Source: an uncultured virus (IMG/VR IMGVR_UViG_3300020037_001229)
Lineage: Duplodnaviria > Heunggongvirae > Uroviricota > Caudoviricetes
Virus record (IMG/VR): IMGVR_UViG_3300020037_001229
DNA length: 64,000 nt
Reading direction: 5' to 3' (one strand)
A program made the translations under genes and the position numbers. This document shows positions 46,597 through 56,382 of this stretch, in pieces (positions within the stretch are counted from its first letter, which is position 1; every line of letters begins with the position of its first letter). Below the pieces are notes generated by a model. The model was not told the DNA's origin, made no database searches, and was given only the letters and a program-made list of their open reading frames with translations.

Positions 46597-49444
46597 ACTA
46601 GAGAAAATCTACCCCGTTAAGACTAGGAATAGTTCTAAAGGTAGGACTCCTTGGCCCTACGATCCGAAAGGCGGTGATCCTAACATCTTCCTCCCCAATT
46701 GGGATAGGATTAAGCTTCTTGAACAGGCATTTGATTACCTAGAGAATGGGACTATGTCTCTTCGAAAAGCTACTGAGTGGCTTATTGTAGAAACAGGTAA
46801 AGACCTTTCACACCAAGGAATGAGGTCTTTATACCTACAGTACAGACCCGATAGTGAACGTCTAAAGACACTAAGATTAAAAAAAGAATTAATAAAGCAA
46901 AAGAGACTCTCCAGAGAACAACGTAAAGAAAAGAATCTCACTGAGAAGATTAGAAGAGCGCGTCAAGCAGCCACTATAGCTCAGAAGAAGAAGGAGAGAC
47001 TTGAAGCTGTCGCAGAAGCTCCAGTATTAGCAAATGGAGAAATGGACTTTTCTTCTTTTGTTGTCCCAGAAAACAGAGAGATCGTTTTCAGGCCGAATGA
47101 AGGTCCACAAACAGAATTCCTTGCAGCTTCCGAAACACAGGTTCTCTATGGAGGATCAGCCGGTTCTGGTAAGTCCTTTGCACTTTTGGCAGACCCTATC
47201 CGTTACTTCGATAACAAAGGGTTTAATGGTATTCTGCTTAGACGGACAAATGATGAACTCCGAGAGTTAATCTGGAAGTCTAAAGAACTTTATAAAGCTA
47301 TCTATCCACAGGCCAACTGGAGTGAAAAGAAGTCCTCTTGGACATTCCCCTCTGGGGCTCAACTCTGGATGACTTATCTCGAAAGAGATGATGATGTCCT
47401 CCGTTATCAGGGACAGTCTTTTACATGGATTGGCTTTGACGAATTGACCCAATACCCTACTCCATTTCCATGGATTTATCTATACTCTCGCTTGAGAACC
47501 ACTGAGCCTTCTCTGAAGGGATCACTCTCCATGAGGGCTTGCGTGGATGAAGGCGAAGTATTAACTGAAAATGGATGGAAACCTATCCAGAATGTTCTCA
47601 AAGGAGAATTAGTTTATTCTCTCACAGCCAAGGGTTCACTTGTTCTTCGTCCAGTGACACAAAGTGTGGCTTACGATGTTAACGAAGAGTTAGTTCGTAT
47701 TCGTAAAAAAAATCTCTATATGTCAATGACGAAAGACCACAGAGTTCTCCATAAAACAGATGGACAAGAACAGTATAGATTAACTAAATGGCACGAAATA
47801 ACATCAAAATCAACTAGTATTGCTAGGACTTCTTCTAATTATAATAGTACCGGTTGGTCTCATCCTCTGATGACTCCTGAGTTCTTGGGCCTGTATATTG
47901 CTGAAGGTTCTTTTGGTAAACCTAGAAAAGGCAACTACAAGGTTATTATTACTCAGTGCAAAAAAGCTAATCACAAATTTGTCAGACAGACAATGGAAAA
48001 ATTAGGTTTTAACGTTTGTTATTCCAAAAACGGTGATTTTCAAATAACGAACAAAGGTCTTTGGGAGTACGTAAGCCAATTCGGAAAAGCATTCAATAAA
48101 CATTTCCCTCGTTCTTTTTTGCAGGAGGCCTCTTACGAACAACTTAAGGCAGCATTTGATGCCTACGCTCTAGGAGATGGTCATTGGCAATCCGAGACAT
48201 CCTGTATTTTGGTTACTACTTCTCCTCAGTTAAAAGATGATCTCTGCGAAATAGCAATAAAATTAGGGTATAAAGTACAGTTCAAAGAGACTCCATCGGA
48301 GAACCCAAATCATAACACCAAGTATGTAGTTTATGTTAGTCTGAAAGGTGTTAATACCAAGGTCGATAAAAACATTTATGGTCGAAATGACCAGTCTTTT
48401 GAATCCTACAAAGGCAAAGTCTATTGTTTGGGTGTCGAAGAAACAGAAAATTTTGTTCTAAGACAAAATGGATTTGTTTGGGTCTCCGGAAATACAACCA
48501 ACCCCGGTGGCCCCGGTCATGGTTGGGTTAAAAAGATGTTTGTTGATCCAGCCGTTCCAGGTAGTTCTTTTCCAGCTACCGATTTAGAGACTGGAGAAGT
48601 TCTTGTATACCCAGCGAACCATGCGAAAGCAGGGCAACCTTTGTTCCATCGAAGATTTATTCCTGCTCTATTGTATGATAATCCTTATCTCGCTAATGAT
48701 GGCCAATACGAAGCTAACTTGTTATCTCTTCCTGAGCAACAAAGAAGGCAACTCCTTGAAGGAGATTGGAATGTAGCTGACGGCGCGGCCTTTAGTGAAT
48801 TCAGAGAGAAAGACCACGTTGTCACGCCCTTCGAAATTCCGTCTAATTGGAGAAGATTCAGAAGTTGTGACTTTGGTTATTCCTCCCACTCAGCTGTCCA
48901 CTGGTTTGCGGTCGACCCTTCATTCGAAACTCTCTACGTTTATAGAGAACTCTACGCATCCAAGATGACTGCCAGAGACCTCGCCTTTAAAGTTCTTGAA
49001 TTAGAAAAGGGCGAGAATATTTCTTATGGTGTCCTAGATAGTTCTTGTTGGCACCAAAGAGGCCATATGGGGCCGTCTATCGCAGAAGAAATGATTTCTG
49101 TTGGTTGTAGATGGAGACCAAGCGATAGAACGCAGGGTTCCAGAGTAGCCGGAAAGAATAGGCTTCACGAATTACTGAAACTCGAAGATTTAGGCAATGG
49201 AGAGAAACGTCCAGGTATCGTTTTCTTTAACACCTGTAGACAAATTGTCTCTGACCTACCAGTAATTCCGGCTGATCCTAGTGGGACAGACGATATTGAT
49301 GATCGTTACGCGTCCGACCACGCTTATGATTCTATTCGTTATGGAATTATGTCTAGACCAAAATCAAAAAGTCCATTCGAGGAATGGTTAACCTCTCGAC
49401 CTGTAGAAAGCTACCAACCCTATGACACAATTTTTGGATATTAG
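46589..49444 (+). CDS. terL: Terminase large subunit with intein
   Basis: GGSAGSGKS Walker A, GFDE Walker B, TNPGG.GH.WVK, CDFG, DHAYDSIRY. Confidence 0.92.
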   Translation: MNELEKIYPVKTRNSSKGRTPWPYDPKGGDPNIFLPNWDRIKLLEQAFDYLENGTMSLRKATEWLIVETGKDLSHQGMRSLYLQYRPDSERLKTLRLKKELIKQKRLSREQRKEKNLTEKIRRARQAATIAQKKKERLEAVAEAPVLANGEMDFSSFVVPENREIVFRPNEGPQTEFLAASETQVLYGGSAGSGKSFALLADPIRYFDNKGFNGILLRRTNDELRELIWKSKELYKAIYPQANWSEKKSSWTFPSGAQLWMTYLERDDDVLRYQGQSFTWIGFDELTQYPTPFPWIYLYSRLRTTEPSLKGSLSMRACVDEGEVLTENGWKPIQNVLKGELVYSLTAKGSLVLRPVTQSVAYDVNEELVRIRKKNLYMSMTKDHRVLHKTDGQEQYRLTKWHEITSKSTSIARTSSNYNSTGWSHPLMTPEFLGLYIAEGSFGKPRKGNYKVIITQCKKANHKFVRQTMEKLGFNVCYSKNGDFQITNKGLWEYVSQFGKAFNKHFPRSFLQEASYEQLKAAFDAYALGDGHWQSETSCILVTTSPQLKDDLCEIAIKLGYKVQFKETPSENPNHNTKYVVYVSLKGVNTKVDKNIYGRNDQSFESYKGKVYCLGVEETENFVLRQNGFVWVSGNTTNPGGPGHGWVKKMFVDPAVPGSSFPATDLETGEVLVYPANHAKAGQPLFHRRFIPALLYDNPYLANDGQYEANLLSLPEQQRRQLLEGDWNVADGAAFSEFREKDHVVTPFEIPSNWRRFRSCDFGYSSHSAVHWFAVDPSFETLYVYRELYASKMTARDLAFKVLELEKGENISYGVLDSSCWHQRGHMGPSIAEEMISVGCRWRPSDRTQGSRVAGKNRLHELLKLEDLGNGEKRPGIVFFNTCRQIVSDLPVIPADPSGTDDIDDRYASDHAYDSIRYGIMSRPKSKSPFEEWLTSRPVESYQPYDTIFGY
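47540..48493 (+). mobile_element. LAGLIDADG-containing intein (318 aa)
   Basis: Begins CVDEG, TKDHR block B, LGLYIAEGS and AYALGDG, ends VSGN before Thr. Confidence 0.88.
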
Positions 49445-49446
49445 TA

Positions 49447-51549
49447 ATGACATTTTTAGACAGTAAAATCTCCGAAGGTGTACCTTCTATCACAGACACA
49501 GTTCCATTCGTTGAAAATGGAAACCCTGAGTTAGAGAATCTCGAAAAACTAGGTGGTGTTGTTTCTTTTATCAAAGAAAAGTATCAAAGAGCTAAGGAAA
49601 AGCGACTTCACGACGAAACTCGTTGGATTACTGCTTACAAAAACTACAGAGGAAAGCCAGACTCTTCAAATCAGTTCACTTCTACTGAGAAAAGTAAGGC
49701 ATTTATCAAGGTTACGAAGACAAAAGTCCTCGCGGCATACGCCCAACTTGTAGATGTACTGTTTTCTGCCGCTAAATTTCCAATTGGTATTAGTAAAACA
49801 CCTGTTGTTACCGAAAATACGGCAGAAGCAGTATACTACGATCCAAAAGAACAAGACCAAGGTACGAAATTACCTTCTACTATTGCTCGCCAAGATATTC
49901 TAGACGCTGTTGGTGGTCTAAAAGACTCTCTTTCTCGTGTACCTGAAGGAAAACTTAAAGAAGGACATGGAAAAACTTCTTCTTCTTTCACTTGGGAGCC
50001 TGCAACTCAGGCAGCCAAAGAGATGGAGAAACTAATTCATGACCAACTGGAAGAGGCTAACGCCAATAAACACCTAAGATCGTTTGCTTTTGAGTTGTCT
50101 CTGTTTGGTACTGGTATTTTCAAGGGACCTCATCTCAAAACCAAGGAATACCCACAGTGGTCAGAGGATGGTTCTTACTCTCCTCTCTTTAAAACGCTGG
50201 AGGATGTTTGTCAGATTTCTATCTGGGACTCTTACCCTGATCCAGACGCTAGAAGTATGGAAGAGTCCGAGTTTTTCATTGAGAGACATAGAATTTCGAA
50301 GTCTGATTTACGAAAACTCAAGAAAAGACCTTTCTTCAGAAGCGAAAGTATTGAATTAGCTATCAAAGAAGGCCCGAATTACGAACAAGAGTATTGGGAG
50401 CATATCCTAAAGGACAACGAAGAGCAAAACAGTCTTACTCGTTATGAAGTCCTAGAGTATTGGGGTTTCTTAGACGCTGATTTAGCAGAACAGATGGACC
50501 TCACTATCCCTAAAGAGTTAAAGGGACTAGATCAGGTACAGGTTAACGCTTGGGTTTGTAATAATCAAGTTATTCGATTAGTATTAAACCCGTTTACCCC
50601 AGCCAGAATTCCTTACTACGCGTGTCCTTACGAATTGAATCCTTATTCTTTCTTTGGTATCGGTGTAGCAGAGAACATGGAAGATACTCAGCTTCTTATG
50701 AATGGTTTTATGAGACTTGCTGTCGACAACGCCGCGTTATCCTCTAATGTTATCTTTGAAGTAGATGAGAACAACCTGATCCCAGGTCAAAGCATGGACT
50801 TGTACCCCGGTAAAATCTTTAGGCGTCAAGGTGGTGCTCCAGGACAGGCTATCTTCTCCCATAAAATCAATAACGTTTCGCAAGAAACAATGGCTATGTT
50901 TGATAAGGCCAGACAACTAGCAGATGAGGCCACCGGTCTACCTTCTTATTCCCATGGTATCTCTGGTATCATGAATACCGGTAGAACTGCCGCTGGTATG
51001 TCTATGCTCATGGGTGCAGCAGACAAGAATATTAAGGCTGTTGTTCGTAATATCGACGACTATTTGCTTATGCCTCTTGGTAAAGCAATGTTCGCCTTTA
51101 ACATGCAGTTTAACTTTGACAAGAAGTACCTAGGTGACCTTGAAGTTGTAGCACTTGGAACTGAGTCTCTTATGAGAAACGAAGTGAGAAGTCAGAAACT
51201 CCTACAGTTCATGCAGCTAACAGGAGATCAGATTTATCTGCCATTTGTTAAAGTCGATTACATCCTCAGGGAGCTTGCTGCATCACTTGATCTTGACCCT
51301 GAAAAGGTAGTTAATGATCCTAGAGAAGCAGGCATTCAAGCTGAGATGCTAAAACAGATGCAGTTAAAGATGGGCATCGATCCTAATGCTCCTCGTGGTG
51401 GCGGTGGTAATCCTGCTGCGTTACCTTCTCCGAGTGATCCTACTCAGACTGGTGGTGGTAACATCGCACCTGGAGCTGCTCCGGGTCCACAGGAACAAGG
51501 CTATACTGGCGGTGGAGCTAACGCTACACAAGGGATTCCTAATGGATAA
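49447..51549 (+). CDS. Portal protein
   Basis: 700 aa directly after TerL; FGTGI.K, YPDP, FFGIGVAE, TAAGMSMLMGAA. Confidence 0.8.
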   Translation: MTFLDSKISEGVPSITDTVPFVENGNPELENLEKLGGVVSFIKEKYQRAKEKRLHDETRWITAYKNYRGKPDSSNQFTSTEKSKAFIKVTKTKVLAAYAQLVDVLFSAAKFPIGISKTPVVTENTAEAVYYDPKEQDQGTKLPSTIARQDILDAVGGLKDSLSRVPEGKLKEGHGKTSSSFTWEPATQAAKEMEKLIHDQLEEANANKHLRSFAFELSLFGTGIFKGPHLKTKEYPQWSEDGSYSPLFKTLEDVCQISIWDSYPDPDARSMEESEFFIERHRISKSDLRKLKKRPFFRSESIELAIKEGPNYEQEYWEHILKDNEEQNSLTRYEVLEYWGFLDADLAEQMDLTIPKELKGLDQVQVNAWVCNNQVIRLVLNPFTPARIPYYACPYELNPYSFFGIGVAENMEDTQLLMNGFMRLAVDNAALSSNVIFEVDENNLIPGQSMDLYPGKIFRRQGGAPGQAIFSHKINNVSQETMAMFDKARQLADEATGLPSYSHGISGIMNTGRTAAGMSMLMGAADKNIKAVVRNIDDYLLMPLGKAMFAFNMQFNFDKKYLGDLEVVALGTESLMRNEVRSQKLLQFMQLTGDQIYLPFVKVDYILRELAASLDLDPEKVVNDPREAGIQAEMLKQMQLKMGIDPNAPRGGGGNPAALPSPSDPTQTGGGNIAPGAAPGPQEQGYTGGGANATQGIPNG

Positions 51550-51757
51550 AAAGTTAGCAAAACAGCTTCTTATTTTAGTTAATACACATAACGATCTACT
51601 AAAGCTCTACGCCGAAAGCAGGATACATCTAATCCATGAACAAATGGAGAATTCAGGTAACAAACCCGAAGACTTCTATCGTATGCAGGGTAAGATCGTT
51701 GAGTTAAGAAGACTTTTAACCTTAAGAGAAGAGATTATAAAAGAAGCTGAGGGGTAA
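51542..51757 (+). CDS. Small conserved protein after portal
   Basis: YRMQG...LRRL..LR motif. Confidence 0.6.
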   Translation: MDKKLAKQLLILVNTHNDLLKLYAESRIHLIHEQMENSGNKPEDFYRMQGKIVELRRLLTLREEIIKEAEG

Positions 51758-51759
51758 CT

Positions 51760-54700
51760 ATGGCTACACAGAAAAAAGCTGTAAGAAAAATTACTAGAGG
51801 CCCTGACGGTAAGATTAAAACTATTTACGTTGACGCACAAACAAAACAAGAACTGACTTCTCTTATTGGTTATACTGTTAATTCACAGAATGAGTTAGCC
51901 ACTGAGGATTTTCCCCATGGATTAAACTCTATGTTAGACATGCCACATGGTCTGAATGCTATCGAAGGGTTTCCATTAACACCATTCCTGCCCGGCATTT
52001 CTGATAGAGATACTCAAGGCTCTTCGAGTGGTTCACTCTCTGACATGGAGTGGCTAAACCCTAGAAACGGGAGAGACCCTGATTCATCTGCCTTAACTTC
52101 TGAAGACAGGACACCTGCTAATAATTTTGGTTACGTCAATAAGCCTGGTTTTCTTAGTTTAGCCTCTGCTCTTCCGGGAATTCCAGGTATTATTGGTAAA
52201 GGTATCAATGCCGCTGTCAATGCCAATAACGTAGCTGCCATTAACGCGGCAAGAGAAACTCTCGGACTCCCTGAGCAATCCACAAAGGAAGCTCTAAGAG
52301 GTATCGTCCAAGATAATAAAGGCGTCGTTGCTGAAGCCACGATTGGTAATCAACAAGTAGCCATTGGACTCGAAGCTACTACTCCCTCGGGTCGTACTAC
52401 AATGACCCCACAAGAGGCTCTTGCGAGAGCAGAAGCCAATGACGTAGAAATCCAAGAAGCTACTCCTGAAGCAAAAGAAGCGGCTGAAGCTAAATTCGCC
52501 GAAGAATACGGAAAGCAAGCACAAGGTTTCTTAGGTAATCTAAAAGACATCGTAAAGGATGTTACTGAAGCAAAAAGTCCACTAGCAAATATCAAAAGTC
52601 CCTTTGCCAACGTAAAGAGTCCTTTAACAAAAAGTGAATCTAAATCTAAAGGAAAGTCTAAGGAAGCAAAAGCAGAAAGCAAATCAACTGGTATAGCTTC
52701 TCCCGAGAGTGCCAAGAACGTTTCTATCACACCTGGTTTAGGTCTAGGTAATCTTACGAACAGAACTGCTAAGACGGACCTAGCTGGCAAAAGCCGTGGT
52801 GTTGCCCCTGACGCTACTCTGATGGATGTTATCCAACAAGCGGTAGAACAAACACTAGGGCCTGGTTATCAAGCCGTTGTTTCTTCTGGAACTTACTCCC
52901 CCGAACAACAAGCAGCTATCAATGAAGCCCGTGCCCAAGCTTACCAAGCAGCTATTGTAGCTGGTAAAACACAGGCACAGGCGAATAAGGCTGCTGACGC
53001 TGCTGGTAAGGCTGCCGGTCAAGTTGGTACTACAAGGCACACGACTGGCAAAGCCGCTGACTTCTATATTGTAGACCCCCAGGGTAACAGAGTTCAAAGC
53101 ACAGAGGCCCTAAAGTCTATCGCTGCTTCGCTGGCTAGCCTAGGTATTACTGGTATTGGTCTTGGTAATCCTGGTGGCTATATGGGTGGTACTTCTATCC
53201 ATGCTGACGTTGTCGACCCTTCAAAGGCGACTGGTTGGGGTGGTTTAGGCCAACAGTTCAAAGACGCTATCAATGACTCTATTGGCCTTCCTAATAAATT
53301 TAGTCCGACGGGTATTCCGACACCAACTGCTTCTCCTAGAAACGATCCTGTTCAAGACGTTGCCACCGAGGGTACTCAAAAGTCGACGACACCTGAGCCT
53401 GTTGGATACAACACTGGTTTTGTTGGTCAAGCCTACGGTTCTGGTAATGACGCTCAACAAGCTTTTGCTCCGATGGGTTTTGCACCCACTCAGAATAGAA
53501 GTGATGTTCTTGATCCTTTGATGAGGGACCCTAGAACTGTTGAAGAAATTACGGCTCTAGCGAAGGCTATCGCAGGTGAACTCGGTTCTAATACTCTTGC
53601 CGGTATTAACTCTGGTGATGAAGCCGCTAAATCTGTAGCACGACAAGAAATTGCTGCCATCCTAGGAACTATAGAAAATAGAGCAGCTTCTGCGAGACAC
53701 GGAGGAAACCTAGCTAGTGTCTTAACTGGCAGTCAATACAATTCACTGATGTCCTCTAACTTAGCAACAACAGAAGCTAACTTCCAAGAGTTTGGTGATT
53801 TCATTACGGAAGCCATTCAAGATTACTACGATGGAACTAATCCTTCTCCTGCACCAAATGCTACACACTATTGGAATCCTTCTATCGTTAGTCCTTCTTG
53901 GTCTGACTACTCCAAGGATGGTACGACAGACGTAGGGGAACATACATTTTCTGATATTGCGATTCCGGGTACAAACGTAAGTGAATACTCTAAGGGTTTG
54001 CCAAATGAAGTAAATGTATCTGAAGTTGGTAGACCGTCTTTTACGACAGAAGCTGTTGCTTCTGGTATTGCAGGGGCAATGGCCTCTGGTAAAGGAACCA
54101 CTTCTGGTTCTAGTCTTGGTCTGTCAGGTTCAGCCAGTGGCCTAGCGGGTTTAACTGGTGCTGGAAAAGGTACAATTTCGGTCAATCCGAATACAGGTAT
54201 TATTTCCTTTGATGTTGTTTCACCAGAGGAATACGCGGCAGCCGTCGCTGCTTCACAACCAGCTTTTACTGGTAATGTTCCGAGTTTCTCTTACGCAAGT
54301 CCTTCGGAAGCTTTCGCTAACTACGGTGTTAATACAACCTCTGTTGGGCCAGGTTCTGGTGTACAAATGGATGGCCTTGGTGCTTTCGGAAGTGCTCCGG
54401 GCTCTGGTTATGGCGGGCAAGCCATGGCAGGTCTACAGGGAATGACTGGTATTTCTAGTTCATTTGATAATCCCACGGGTATTGCCGGTACTGGTATTGG
54501 TTATGGTTTTGACGCTGGTTCACTAGGTGGTACTGCTTCTGGTTTTGGTTCTGGTTTCGGCGCTGTCGGAACTTCTGGTTATGGTAGTTTCAGTGGAGGT
54601 ACCGACGCAGGGACAGACTTCGGTGGTCCAGGTACCTTCGGTGGTTCTTTCGGTGGTGGATACGGTTCGCAATCAACCGCTGGGGCTACTTCAGAGTCTA

Positions 54701-55392
54701 TAGGTGCTGGTGGTTATTCTGCTCCTAGTGCTGAGTCTTCCTTTGGTGGATTTAATGCAGGTTCCCTTGGTGGTTCCGCCTCAGGATTTGGATCAGGTTT
54801 TGGTGCCGTAGGCTCCTCTAACACAGGCTCTCCTGGTTATAGTGGTTTCTCACAATCAGGTCTAGGTAACTACTCTGGTGGTACGAGTAGCTCTTCTAGT
54901 GGCAGCACTTCCAGTTCAGGCTCAGGGAGTGGATCAAGCTCTGCCGGAAAAGGCGGTGGTGGAGGTTACAGCGGTTATGGTGGTTTGGATTCTCCGTCCG
55001 AACACGGACCAGGCCCCGGAAGCGGCAGTGGAGACGCTGGGGGAGATACAATCCTCTGTACATACTTCCACGGAAAAGGAAGACTATCAGATGAGCTTTA
55101 TTTTGCTGATAGTTCTTACGGTGCAATATACATTTCTGAAGATACAATGAATGGTTATCAACTCTGGGCAGAGCCTATTGTTGAGTACTTAAAGAAAAAG
55201 AAGCACCCTATCTTAGAAGAATTCTTATTTTTCTTTGTGAAAGGATGGGCCACAGAAATGGCTTATCGTATGGGTGTTGAAAAGAAATCTAACTTTATCG
55301 GGCGACAGATATGCAATTTTGGTGAAGCGATCTGTAGTTTAATTGGTAAGGCAACTCGTTTTATAAAGCGACCCCTGAAGGAGAATACATGA
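51760..55392 (+). CDS. Large virion-associated protein with putative peptidoglycan hydrolase domains
   Basis: RHTTGKAADF...IHAD (M15-like), AIAGE..IENR..QY..ATHYWNP..PSW..GEHTF (Hydrolase_2-like), Gly/Ser-rich tract. Confidence 0.65.
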   Translation: MATQKKAVRKITRGPDGKIKTIYVDAQTKQELTSLIGYTVNSQNELATEDFPHGLNSMLDMPHGLNAIEGFPLTPFLPGISDRDTQGSSSGSLSDMEWLNPRNGRDPDSSALTSEDRTPANNFGYVNKPGFLSLASALPGIPGIIGKGINAAVNANNVAAINAARETLGLPEQSTKEALRGIVQDNKGVVAEATIGNQQVAIGLEATTPSGRTTMTPQEALARAEANDVEIQEATPEAKEAAEAKFAEEYGKQAQGFLGNLKDIVKDVTEAKSPLANIKSPFANVKSPLTKSESKSKGKSKEAKAESKSTGIASPESAKNVSITPGLGLGNLTNRTAKTDLAGKSRGVAPDATLMDVIQQAVEQTLGPGYQAVVSSGTYSPEQQAAINEARAQAYQAAIVAGKTQAQANKAADAAGKAAGQVGTTRHTTGKAADFYIVDPQGNRVQSTEALKSIAASLASLGITGIGLGNPGGYMGGTSIHADVVDPSKATGWGGLGQQFKDAINDSIGLPNKFSPTGIPTPTASPRNDPVQDVATEGTQKSTTPEPVGYNTGFVGQAYGSGNDAQQAFAPMGFAPTQNRSDVLDPLMRDPRTVEEITALAKAIAGELGSNTLAGINSGDEAAKSVARQEIAAILGTIENRAASARHGGNLASVLTGSQYNSLMSSNLATTEANFQEFGDFITEAIQDYYDGTNPSPAPNATHYWNPSIVSPSWSDYSKDGTTDVGEHTFSDIAIPGTNVSEYSKGLPNEVNVSEVGRPSFTTEAVASGIAGAMASGKGTTSGSSLGLSGSASGLAGLTGAGKGTISVNPNTGIISFDVVSPEEYAAAVAASQPAFTGNVPSFSYASPSEAFANYGVNTTSVGPGSGVQMDGLGAFGSAPGSGYGGQAMAGLQGMTGISSSFDNPTGIAGTGIGYGFDAGSLGGTASGFGSGFGAVGTSGYGSFSGGTDAGTDFGGPGTFGGSFGGGYGSQSTAGATSESIGAGGYSAPSAESSFGGFNAGSLGGSASGFGSGFGAVGSSNTGSPGYSGFSQSGLGNYSGGTSSSSSGSTSSSGSGSGSSSAGKGGGGGYSGYGGLDSPSEHGPGPGSGSGDAGGDTILCTYFHGKGRLSDELYFADSSYGAIYISEDTMNGYQLWAEPIVEYLKKKKHPILEEFLFFFVKGWATEMAYRMGVEKKSNFIGRQICNFGEAICSLIGKATRFIKRPLKENT

Positions 55393-56192
55393 CAAGGTAC
55401 AAAAATGATGCAAGACTTGTTCGTGAAGACCAAGAGCTTGAAGAGCTTGAAAGCAAGAAGGTAGAAGATACGAAAGAAGAGGCTGAGGAAAAGGAACTCT
55501 CTTTTGAAGAGGAAACTTTTAAAAAGAGGTACGGCGACCTTCGTCGTTATAACCAACAGTTAGTCTCTGAGAAAGATAACCGTATCAAAGAGCTTGAACA
55601 ACAGCTATCGAGTATGTCCACTGGCCCTCAGTTTCCAAAGACTAAAGAGGAATTGGACGGTTGGAAAAGCAAGTACCCCGATGTCTTTGGCCACATCCAG
55701 ACTATGATTCTACAGAACAATCAAGAGTTGGATACCAAGTACAAAAAGGGCTTAGAACAAGTCAAGCAGATTGAAGATCAGATTAATAGAGATAAGGCCA
55801 TCGCTGAGTTAAATCGGCTTCACCCTGATTTCTTTAATAAGATTCTTCCTGATCCAAAGTTCAAGGAATGGGCGGAAGCTCAGCCAGCTTGGATGATCGA
55901 TTCACTCAATGGGTGGGACGCTATCGCCGCCGGAAGAGTTATCGATTTGTATAAGGCCGATATGGGTCTTTATACTAAAGAAAAACAAAAGGTTGACTCT
56001 AAAAGAGAAGCAGCCGAAAACGTAACACGTAAAGTTTCTAGTGGTCCCGATATGTCTTCGGATAGACCTAAGTACAAAGAGTCGCAGATTGAAAAAATGT
56101 CTGCGAGAGAGTACGAACGTTTAGAAGATGACATTATGGAAGCATTTCGTACCGGTCGAATTGAGTACGATGTCACCGGGGCTGCTCGTTAA
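55389..56192 (+). CDS. Capsid scaffolding protein
   Basis: FKKRYGDLRR, coiled coil, HPDF, I.EA..TGRI; directly upstream of MCP. Confidence 0.75.
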   Translation: MTRYKNDARLVREDQELEELESKKVEDTKEEAEEKELSFEEETFKKRYGDLRRYNQQLVSEKDNRIKELEQQLSSMSTGPQFPKTKEELDGWKSKYPDVFGHIQTMILQNNQELDTKYKKGLEQVKQIEDQINRDKAIAELNRLHPDFFNKILPDPKFKEWAEAQPAWMIDSLNGWDAIAAGRVIDLYKADMGLYTKEKQKVDSKREAAENVTRKVSSGPDMSSDRPKYKESQIEKMSAREYERLEDDIMEAFRTGRIEYDVTGAAR

Positions 56193-56382
56193 TACAAACC
56201 CTCGAAAGAGACTACTTTGTGTTAACAACTAAAGACAACAAAAACATAGACAGACTACTCAATTAAGTTGGCCTCTTAAGGACTGATCCTCTGAAAGACA
56301 CCCAACAATAAATTGACCTCTCTTGTGAATGTGTGTTTACCTTAAACCTAAACAAATTTAATTTATTCATAGGAGAATTACT

